Shown one piece after another: positions 53,301 to 64,000 of a stretch of DNA of 64,000 nt (positions are counted from its first letter, which is position 1; the number at the start of each line of letters is the position of its first letter). This DNA is from Phoronis australis (taxonomy: Eukaryota > Animalia > Phoronida): the NCBI GenBank assembly GCA_002633005.1, contig NMRA01000354.1, forward strand, positions 186,001-250,000, written 5' to 3'. Under the pieces are notes generated by a model. The model ran no database searches and was not told the origin of the DNA. It was given only the letters and a program-made list of their open reading frames with translations. The translations under genes and the position numbers were made by a program.

Positions 53301-54461
53301 TGACCAGTCACTCTTGCGCAGAGTGTCTTGTGATAATTTTGACATCTGCATCAATCAGTACAGTTGGAGCACATCAAGGAATGTTCCTGTGTGAGTGAGT
53401 ACTTGACAACTGTTCAGTAAAATTTGTACACTTTGAACTGTCTCTTTTGTTTAGCTTACAAGTAAAAACTGATCTTAATTTAACACAGCTACGACTAGAA
53501 AATACCTTCACAGCATTATTGCTTGTAACTCAGGGTTTTAAGTGGTAAAATGCTTTATTTGTTAATTAAATGAATGTACACGTAAACAACATTAAGGTGC
53601 ATTCGATAACAATAATTTCGCGGAAAGTCTGATAATTTCCCGGAAAGTCTGATGTATGGTTATTGTTAGAGAATACAAGAAAACGTCTGGGAATTTTTGG
53701 GCCCTGATCAAAGATTATGATTTGTTTCGATGTATTCCTGTATATCAATAAGCATATGAAAAATCAGGTTTTAATTCGTTTAGTCCTCTTATTTGCCATA
53801 CTAATGATTTAGGCTGTTGTTTTTTACGCAAAGTAAGTGATGAGTCATTGTATTTGAGATACAGCAATGCGTGTAAACAATTATCAAGGATAGCTTATGA
53901 CAAATAGAGATATATTCAACTGTTAATGAATATTGCATTTTAAAGAAGGACTATTATATTAACATGAGATTATTATTTTTTCATGCCTAGACCTGAATGC
54001 CAGTGGCTAAGTGGGCTTGAAATGTGTAGTCCTATTAAACAGCTGATGTGAAGTTCTAAATATAACTTTGATAAGAGTGGTGTGCTCAGAGTATGACTAA
54101 TCAGTGATAACTATAAGGAGGTCAATCCTGTGTTGGTATAATGAGCTGTAATACAAGTTGTAGGTCAGTGGGGGAGATACCCACTTCACAGTTACTATCA
54201 GGGTTGATTGTTATTATGCCTGGTATGTTACGGAAGTTGGGAGACTCTTTTTGTGTGTGTGATTTTTTTGTAGTGTGGAACTGATGGTATAGTTTGCAAT
54301 CGGATTTCATCTACTGAATAACTGATGTACAAGTGATTGTCTGGTTCTCAAAGTTTGCAAAAAGGGAATGGCTTTCTGCTCTCAGTCTCTATAGATAAAT
54401 AATGAAAAATAGTGGCCTTTCTTCATTAGTAACCTTCCAATAAATGCCGAGTCTCCTATTA

Positions 54462-55451
54462 CCGTATTCGCCTTAATAAGCGCCCCCAACAGGTTTTCAA
54501 ACTTCAAAGCACCCAGCCTGTGAACGTGTATACATGCGGAAAATGCCTAAGTACCTTCAGTTCAATAATATCTGAATGTCCTGAAAAAATCATTGTGCTC
54601 GGAATTTCTAGACCACAAGCCTTGTCGCTATGTCGGTATTTAGCCGTGACTATTCACTTCAAGCTTCCGCTGTGCCTCAAAAAGAATGCAAAAGTTTTGC
54701 TGGTCTTGCAAGGACGGTGTCCCACTATGGTCAGGCCTTTCTGAATAGACGGAGTGTACTTGTCAATAAGATTGTATTGTATCTTTCCCACACAAATCTT
54801 CTCCCTCGACAGGAATCCAGATTTCTTTGTACACGTGAAAACCGCAAATCAAAGACTAATATAAAAAGTTTCGCGCTACATACATGTAGGCCTGCTACTC
54901 TGGCAAATGACCTCTGATGACACCCACGCACTCACTCACTCGGCACACTCACACACACACACACACTCACACACACACACGCACAAACTTTAAAACAAAT
55001 GTCACGTGACAACAACATGTGTTGCGGGGTGCGACGCAGATTTGGACTTAATCTTTGGTTAATGCCGACTCCACAGGAACTTAAAAATTTTTAGGGATGC
55101 TAATTGGAAAACTTAACGGGGATTTATTTTTATTCAAGAATTCAAGTTGCTTTATCAACGATTGTGAGGCAGTGACACATTAGTCGGCGAGTTTTTGCCT
55201 TTAGATTTCCACACAATTTTCTTAAAAAGGATCGTTATTTAACAATGAAGTTTCATAGCAATGCACCACAGTTTTGTGGAAAGTCAGTCATAGGTTACAG
55301 ATACGTCGCAAAGTGTAAACTTGATGAATCCTAGCTTCCGATTTCACCCTTTTCGGAGACCGGGTTTCAACCGCTTTAGGCTACAATAAGTGTCCCCTCT
55401 CCCTGAAACGAATTTTCTAAGTGCTCTGGGCACTTATTAGGGCAAATACGG
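54462..55451. mobile_element. Tc1/mariner (pogo-like) non-autonomous element containing a (CA)n tract
   Basis: TIR CCGTATTCGCCTTAATAAG / CTTATTAGGGCAAATACGG, TA on both flanks. Confidence 0.8.
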
Positions 55452-57632
55452 TACATAGTTTTTGTTTGTACGATTTTAGTCGTGCCCGGAGACTAGAGGC
55501 GTGTCACCTGTCCCCCCCCCTCTGCCCCACCCCCAACCTCCCTCTCAGGGATATTCCTGATCAGGTTTGAGCCTGTGTCCTTTTGCGCACCTGATGATAA
55601 AAATTTCAAAAAGTTGCGTCCAGCAGACTTAGTGTAATTAAAGTGGCAATCCTGAGGGCAATTGAAATAAGAACTAAGTCATGTTTACCTGACTGGCTGT
55701 AGATGTGCCCAGGGGGCGCATTGCTGTAATGTACTTGTGCCTTTTTATTTTTTTGATGCGCTAATGGCGCAGAGTCGCAGTCCAGGAATATCTCTCCCCC
55801 TTCTAAATTTTCCTGTTGGCAAGGGGCATCTTATTACCCCTGCAATTCAAACCATTTCAAAATGTCAAGATGGCAACTGTCCACGTTGAAGATCCAAACA
55901 CTCCATTGGATTGTCGATGTTGTCAAAATGGTGCATTGTCAAACAAAGCTCAGCAGTCTGGTTGATATCAGGACTTTTTGCTTGACCCAAAGAAGTGGCA
56001 GTTTTTACAGCTTGTTCCTGAACTGGAATTATTAACATGTTAGCAATGTGGACTGCTTGTCACTGTGTCGTGAGCAATATTCTTCCACTGATTATAGACT
56101 GTTTTTATTGACCACATAGAACTCATTACATGCTGTAGGTGCTGTTTTAATGCTGAAAGTCATTTGTTCATATGGTGAATCATTCACTATCGCAAACAAT
56201 TTTTGGTTTCCTCTTCATACCCTGACTGACTGCCTAAGTGAAAGCCTGAGATTGTTGAGTACAAGCATGAAATAGTTACTTCTGAGTTACTGTACTTGCC
56301 CAAGTCCTTTAAATTGGGTAACTCAAAAATCATAGGTGAGCGTTAAGCCAAACATGGTTGATTAAATAATTTTTGGAAGTGGGGGGGAGGGGCGCTTACA
56401 CATATATTTAGTCAGGTAGACTCGCGGATGGAGTGATGTCACATTCAAGAGTCAATGAAGGATTGGTGGATGTAGAGAATGAATTGAAGTGGTTCCCCTG
56501 AAACAGACTGATCATTACTCATCGGTAAAGAGGTTGCGTATTTTTGGGAACTGAAATTCTGATAGAATGAGCGTTACAACTTGGGATTCACAATTCATTC
56601 AAAAAATTACCAGACTAACTTGCTCTTTTTGAAGGCATGATGCGAGTGTCTTTTTGTTTTGTTAGCAGATGGATAGGTTCGTTGGTAGTTTTTCAATCAT
56701 CTATTAGGTGTTTGAGTCTGTAGCGAGCGCCATGTTGTAGGCTGTTCTTTTGTTCAGGAAGTTAACTTCTAGGTGAACTTGTTAGCAAAGTAAAATTTTA
56801 GTAATCAGAAGGTGTAACAAAACAGTTGACGGCAGGTCAGAAGCTTATGAATGCAGAGGTGAATGTCATGTTTGTCTGTCGATACGAACCGAAGGAAATT
56901 AGTTGTTGACAAGCTGATTGGTCAATTACATTAATGAGCTATTCAAAAGGCGAGTAAATCAGTTAGAAATCATGCTGTGCAATCACCACTGGTGACATGA
57001 TTTTATATTTGATCACAAATCCATTTTTAGGCGCACATGGTGACTTACGGGTCACAGTGTGATGCCCTTTTACTAAGTCGTACTTGTTAATGACTAGAAT
57101 ATTTTTTTTTTAAATAAAATATTACCTGTGGTTTACTAAACCCATGGGAGATCTTGTGGAAACAAGCTGTGCTTTGGCTCTTCTGGGATCATTGCATGGC
57201 TGGCATTAGGAAAATGTGGGCAATATGCTGTTGTTTTCTCAATTTTGATCCTTAAAGTGACTTGTTATATCAAATGAAGTTTATGATTCATCAATGCAGG
57301 CATCACCAGATGTCGTCCCTCATGTAACCTACTTATAACACCCATTGTTGAAAGAAGGAACTGGCAGAGAGTTCCAGAATAACCCTCAGGGTCTCTTTGT
57401 GGGTATAAAATCAAACTGGACAGGAATTGTGAAAGACCCCCCTGTTATTTCCCCTGCGGGTACCTCCTCATTTAAAATGCATCTTGCACACATTTTTAAT
57501 TTTTTTAATGTCCCAGTTTTATGAGACCAATCGGGTGAGGACCTAATAGTATATTTTTTCTGATTGAAAAGCTTAAGCACTCTTGAATGTACAATCTGTA
57601 TTTTTCAGACTTCGGAAAGATGTCTATGAATA

Positions 57633-57722
57633 ATGAATCTTCGACAGAGGGGTAGATGTGCAGAATCTACTCAGATTAAGAAAGCTACAAGGTCGCAGCA
57701 AAAAGACAAAGTTAAGAAAAAG
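57633..57722 (+). CDS. Probable first coding exon of an unidentified gene (MNLRQRGRCAESTQIKKATRSQQKDKVKKK); exon starts at 57609
   Basis: tttttcag acceptor, AAG|gtactt donor, in-frame TGA two codons before the ATG, purine-rich coding-like composition. Confidence 0.55.
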
Positions 57723-57898
57723 GTACTTTGTTATCAGGGACAGCTGTCATGTCATTGTTAACAGGTATTTAAGTGTTTCAGTTGTGACTTATTTTGGTAG
57801 AAACGTCCACCAGTATCGAGCTTCAGTTCAAGTCATGGGTACTGGGAGTAAGACGCTTTCAGAAAATTCCAAGGTGGACCAAAATTAGGTATTGTGTG

Positions 57899-58117
57899 CA
57901 GCGCTCGACACGGGCGAAAATTTCTGCTCGAAAATATGAGTGATGGCATGTTCTGCACTTGTATTTCCAGACTTGGACTCATAAAAAAGTGGCGACCAAG
58001 TGAAAAAATGAATGTTTTCGCACCCGTTCAAGTAGTACGACTGAAGTCAATTTCATACTCGTATTTTACTTTTTCTACTCGTATTTTCGAGCGTGTACTT
58101 GCTTGTGTCGAGTCCTG
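57899..58117. mobile_element. CAG-ended MITE with 5-bp TSD
   Basis: TIR CAGCGCTCGACAC / GTGTCGAGTCCTG (11/13); GTGTG on both flanks (low complexity). Confidence 0.65.
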
Positions 58118-61100
58118 GTGTGGACACCACAGCCGAATTGTAGCTTGGGAATGGTGGCCGTTTTAGTTGCAATTTAAACACTTTTATTAACAACTTGTTG
58201 ATACTCATCGCCGTAAGATCATTTGGACGAATGCAGTGAAAAATTCTTTAATTTCCAAAGGACATAAGGCTCAATGCAATACTGCGAATGCTCAACATTT
58301 TGCCTAAGGTTGTTTAGTAACAGTTGTGTGATACATACCATGCGAACAATGAAACAAAAGTCTGCCTTAGGAGTTATTGTTGTCAAGATCTTGACAGTTT
58401 TCATTTCCACTTTTCTACCAGATTGTGTCCGAAACTGAAGAATTTTTATCATAATTGTGATTTACTTGTTAAATAAAACAATTTATATGATACGTTGATC
58501 AGCTAATTGGGTACTACAGTGGAATTTCCCCCCAAATCAATTGAGTGAAGGAGTGTTAAGGCATGAAAGTCAGAAGTCTCGGTCATTTTGTGCAACAAAA
58601 CGAGCGCCAAGCAATTCGTGGCAACACCTTGGTAAAAAGCTAGAAATGCCTTTGTTCATTGGAGGCAAACATGATACGACCGAAGTTTACTTTAGAATTG
58701 ACTTGAAAGTGTCTGTATTGAATCCAAATTAAGTGATTACATGAAGCTGCGTGAAAAGTGGTATATCAACCTATCAAATACAAACAGGAAACATTCTTCA
58801 TATAACTCTTCAGGTTTGTGAGAGCACAAAACCATCTTATGCGTGACCCAATATCTAATTTTGGGTGTGCCAGACGGAACAATTTGAAATGTGCCTTCTT
58901 TCATTCACGAGCATTTTGAGACGTTAGAAGTTTTGGCGTCGATTATTTTGATTATACAAACCCAAAACGATGGCAGTTTGACAACTTCATGATCGCATGG
59001 AATACATAAAAAGCACTGGAAAATTTCCAACTACGTTAGATCCCTGCAGGAAAACAAAATGTCATCAGCCAACTAACCCAACTAAATGCTTTATGGTTAA
59101 CTTGCAACAATGCGTATTTCATAATGTCGCCTAATGTCAGCATTATGTGTTGTGAAGGCAGATATCTGAACAGTGAAGACTACAATGAATGCAATGTCCA
59201 TTTGGGAAGTGATCGCATGGTCATCTTTCTGGAATACCACATCGTCCTCCAATTTCCATGATTTACCCACAATGCCACACACCTGTTAGCCAGCAGTTGT
59301 GCTCGTCACGGATTTGCACCAAGATCAGTTTGCCATTTGCCATTCTGATGCCTATAAAGTTTTCTGTAGCATGGCGAGTTGCAATACTGACATCAAAAAA
59401 TTTTAAAAGCTGAGTGAAGCATGATAAAACGTTCACTTGTCCATCATTCGCTTAGAAGTGTGTTAGCTGGGCTGCATTACAAAAACTTGGTCAATCGTGC
59501 AATGGGTTTTTCTACCCTCCATAAGGAGGAGAGTCGAATTCGGGATGCAGGAATTTGCGTTACTTTGAACAAGGTGTTTGCGTGCCTGTAATTCAAAGAA
59601 ATCTAGTTTGTACATTCGACGGATGTGCAACTGGAAGTGTCAAATGAAACGAGTTGATTTCTTAAATGTACAATTCAAAGAAACTAGTTTTTATATTTCT
59701 CATGAATATGTAATGTTTTAGAGTACTTGCAAAGTAATTTGTCAAAAACTTGTCAAATACCATATGTTTTGCTTAGCAGTTTTGTGCTGAGATGTGCTGT
59801 TAAAGCTGTATCTCTTGCCTTCCATCAAAAATCATTGTACAACTGGCGTGTTCTTGTTTCATGATCAGCTTTAATGAAGAAACTTATGATACAGAACAGA
59901 CTGCTGATTAATTTTTTTACTCACCCACGCACTATGGTTGAGAAATGGTCCCAAGAGATTTGTTGTGCAATCGAGCTGAGAATCAATACGTAGGGATACT
60001 TCCGACAAATGCAGTTAGGCCACTCCTACCATAGTTACCGTTGTCAAGTCCCACAAGCGCAAAGTCAATACCGTATGGAAGAAGTCAATTGCAAGCGTAC
60101 TACAGCAATAGATGTGCTACAGTTATCGTGTTTCAGTGAAACTTGCTATGTAGAGCCACATCATCTAAACGGGGCGTGGAAAAGCAAACGTCTTGCAGTA
60201 CACTGAGATATATCCAAGATACCAAGGCTTTCAACTTGTTCATAGATTGCGCCAATCCATCGGCAAACCAAACGTCATTTATTTGGATGTCTGATTGCTT
60301 TTTAAGTGACACAGTAGGTACAGTGGTCGGTATATCGCACTGTACTCTTACAATAAGTAACAAGATTAGGTGCTCTGGTAACTCAAAAGACAACGAGGAA
60401 ACTATTCCTTGCAATTTTGCAGGGTTTTTTGGTGTCCAGTGTGGGGTGTCTTGGGTTGTTGACGAAGCCTTGTTTCTGTTAGTCACATAGGTTCTCACCC
60501 ACACAGTCCATGCTGTGTCAAGTTAGATATTTATTTATTAAAGAATGATATAAACATGTGTGTAAAACAGTTAGGTGAATTTCTTCTCTTTGTGCTTGTT
60601 TACCTATAGATTTGTGATAATCTGTGATTTATCCAGTCGTATATTCTTCAGATCAATAAGTCCACTATGAATTTGTTGTACAACATACGACGTGATGATA
60701 TCTGTGGGTTATTATATCTATTCGAATCTATGTAATATCCCACCATCATCACCATGTGTGTTGTACAATAACATGCATACATACATACATAACAGACTTT
60801 AAAATGCACATTTAGTGAGTCTACTGCTGGTGAGTTTAGCGACAGCAACATGGAGTTTTCGCAAAACTTAACACCGGGTAGGCGTTTCTCCCTGGCCTCA
60901 TGCTGGGATTGCAAAATTCTCTTTTCATCCCGGAATACTGATCGTGTGCATTAATGTGAGGGAATATTTAAATGCACACGCACACACGTGCATACATACA
61001 CACACACACGTTTATATAGCTTGATTGACGAGTCGGAAGTATCCATTAGAACACCTCGTCTGTAGTTCGTCATTCGACTATTTAATCATTTATTAACATG

Positions 61101-62787
61101 GACTTGTTGATTTGTCATTTTGTTGATGCTACGATTTATACATAATGTAGTGTGACAAGACCGTTTCTAAGTGACCTCATCGCGTCCCTGTGTCGTCTTC
61201 TGAGTGTATGTCAGTGAACAAGTAATCTCAAATCCCACTTGAATTGATGTTAATTGTATGACGACTACATGTACTGTTAACAGGTGGATATCATACACGG
61301 TTAACGTGTCAATTCTATGGCAGCACTTCACTTTAGTATCGTCAAAGTTACCTGTAAAGGCGACAGTCAGTGTAGTATTAATTTTCGTTGATTTTTTTTG
61401 TTCAAATATTCGCCAGTGTTGGGTGTTATTAGGCGGCATTTTTTTTCTGGTAAAACACTGCACTGTTATGGTAAATCATTTGATTTCAGTTTTAGAGCAT
61501 AAGATACTTAATTCTTCATATTAGGAAACTTTAATTAATTTATCACTGGCCCCTCATGTAGAATAAATTTGTCGAGCACACAACATTGTTCAAGATTAAC
61601 AAATTCAATGAAATTCACTGGAGCTCTCTGTACCTTTGACATTAATTATCAAATTATTTCATACAATTATAATAATTGTCATTTTCCATAAGGCTGATGA
61701 CCTGACTGGAAACCAAGGAAATTTTACCAACTGTTGTTTTGTGAAATCTACTCTCTACAAAATATTTGATATTGACTAAATTTTCTGTGTCACTATTTTT
61801 GTGAAACAATTTGACAGAATAGAATTTCAATTGTCACCTGTAGTGTACGTCCAGCGTTACCTTGTGGTAACTTTGAGTGTGACCTCATTGTCACTACAAT
61901 TATTTCAAAGAACATTGCAGGAGGTAGTTGGGCTCTTGTTCCAATATCCGTTTTGCCTCTACCAACACATTGAACTGGTGGCAAATCCTCGTGATTAATG
62001 GTCTTCGTGAAGTAAAATTTAGATTTCAACTTTGTGGTTGTCAAAAAGTAGTCTACCTAACACAGGTCCAGCTTGTACTCGTGTTTAGCCCACTGCAATA
62101 TAATCTCATTAATGTAGGACACAATATGGTGGACAACTCAAGTGAAATTTTATTCTCTCAATTTTCATGAAAGGTGGGTATCTTGAAATTACGGTACCAT
62201 AGTTACCGTCAGAAAATATTTTGAAAAATTTTGTGCTTCCACAGCAGTGTTATAAGACCTTGAAAACGGATAATTTCAGCGATTATTTTTGTTCGAAATG
62301 GGTGAGATTTTATAGTAAGTTGGACTGTTTTGGTTTCAGGTAGATGAAATATTGATTTTATCTAGGAGCTGCTGTCGGAGACAGCTTTTTCACAGTTGCA
62401 ACTGCAACCAGTAAATCCTTGCACCACGGTTGCCATATAGGTGTCCCATTAATTCCTTTCATGGTTTATTATTGGTTGCAATGCTGCTGTCTGACAAAGT
62501 GCTGAGTACTGGCATAGCATGGGTATCTTTAAACTTTCGTTTTCAAAAAAATTGCCGTTTTCATCAATTTTTGTCTGGCTTCATTAAAGTGAAGGGGAAA
62601 CCCTAGAAGCAAACCAGACGGAAAGTAATATTGAATTATTTTGAAAATTGTCAGATATTTTTAATCCTAAGTTTTGCTTTCGATGGAAAGAAATTTTGTC
62701 AACTTTTCTGAAAAGTACTGTTGATTTAGATACGTTTGCAAACAGTAACCACTGACATTAACTTACTGCCTTGCTTGTATTTTTCAG

Positions 62788-62850
62788 GCCAGGAAACCCA
62801 GGCCTATGTTTACCTCGCTGACTTACCTGTGGAGCAAGAAGGATAACATG
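62788..62850 (+). CDS. Probable next coding exon of the same gene (ARKPRPMFTSLTYLWSKKDNM)
   Basis: Strong tttttcag acceptor and ATG|gtgagt donor; 21 codons, phase 0/0, compatible with the previous exon. Confidence 0.6.
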
Positions 62851-63368
62851 GTGAGTGTAAAGTCAAACAGGTGTCATAGACGGGTTTAAGAGACCCTTTT
62901 GGCCCTTCGCAAACTACCTTGCTGTAGGATGTAACATAATAATGCTGTCATTACGCTGTTTTAAGAGTTATACAGACCTTTTCCTTCGAAAATCATCGTT
63001 GGGTCCCCTCTTGGTCTGTGTTCTGTGACTGACCTTGTTTTTGAAATGATAAGTTACTTTATTACAACTGTTAGCTGAGGTGGACAGTCGAGAAAGGAAT
63101 GATGCATTGTGTCCCACCTTTGGTGTCTGTAGTTTGGTGTTGGCATTTCAGCTTGTTGAGTAATAGTGAAACTTATTGGGGGTAACCGATGGAACATGGT
63201 AATTAGCATGTCAGCAGTGTACAAGTGTGTTATGAGTGCAGGGGAGTCTACTACGTTTCAGAATGTGGATATTGTTGTCTGCCCCTCTCGACCAATACAT
63301 AGATTGAGCAGTAGTCGCTTCCTTGTTCCTTCTTTGTTAGATGGTATTTCGTAATCTTTACCTGGGAC

Positions 63369-63858
63369 CAGGCCTTTATGCAGCGTACGTCCTGGGCGTC
63401 CATTTGGACGCCCTAGCACTAATCTGGACCCCCTGGCAAGGACGCCCAATGTATCATTTGGACGCCCACTGTCAATAGGAACCTTTCAAGTTTGGACTCA
63501 CACATTGTAATGAATACTAGGAAGCCTCTGAAGGCTCACAGTGGGGGCTCTTTTTTCAGAGCAAGAAGAAATATACAATGTATATACAAAGTATATGCAT
63601 TGTTGCTGTTTTGACACTTGATTGACAGCATTGTAAGACTTGGTCTACACAGTTTTTTTTAGTAAAAATGCTCACCATAGAAGGCTGTTTTATAAACTTA
63701 GATGTAAAAACCTTGATCTATGCATTTTTTGTAAAAAAATCTGTGTGTTTGGGAGTATTTCTGGGTGTGGGGGGTTACGCGTCAGAATCATGGATGCCAT
63801 GGAATATTGGGAACCCCATTTTGGACACCTTATTTTCAAAATCCTGGATAAAGGCCTG
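63369..63858 (+). mobile_element. hAT-type MITE family B copy 2
   Basis: TIR CAGGCCTTTAT; 8-bp TSD CCTGGGAC at 63361..63368 and 63859..63866; colinear with copy 1. Confidence 0.92.
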
Positions 63859-64000
63859 CCTGGGACACGGTTGAATGGCACCAACAGTGTTCAGTTGTTC
63901 TGGTCATTTTCCCTTGAAATTGATTCCTAAAACTGGCAATTAATGAGATTTGATGTTTTCGCATACTTAACTCTACAGTAGCTGTAGTGTGTTTAATGTT

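Overview
Eukaryotic genomic DNA from a gapped scaffold (AT-rich, GT-AG introns), probably a bilaterian invertebrate; the species cannot be fixed from sequence. I reconstructed the genes by hand from splice sites and frame continuity. (1) The last 11 coding exons of a VPS13A/C-type lipid-transfer gene lie on + (391..9820, 448 aa in window). (2) A complete 7-exon ceramide synthase 1 gene (CERS1/LASS1 type, no Hox domain, 376 aa, C-terminal KKRD) lies on - (15391..44968), tail-to-tail with VPS13, with a 22.5-kb first coding intron. (3) Two probable first coding exons of an unidentified + strand gene (57633..57722, 62788..62850) sit head-to-head with CERS1 across a CpG-richer region near 45.4-46.0 kb. 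Introns are crowded with non-autonomous DNA transposons: TIR elements with 5-, 6-, 7- and 8-bp TSDs, TA and TTAA elements, and DINE-1/HINE-like elements carrying CTCF-consensus motifs. There are also a decayed LINE 3' end, a tRNA-derived SINE, minisatellites and a 1.5-kb duplication across a gap that is probably an assembly artefact. No novel multi-gene system is demonstrable. The best leads are an apparent compensated 2-nt frameshift in CERS1 exon 3, a MITE family with consistent 6-bp TSDs, and the CTCF-motif-bearing HINE family.
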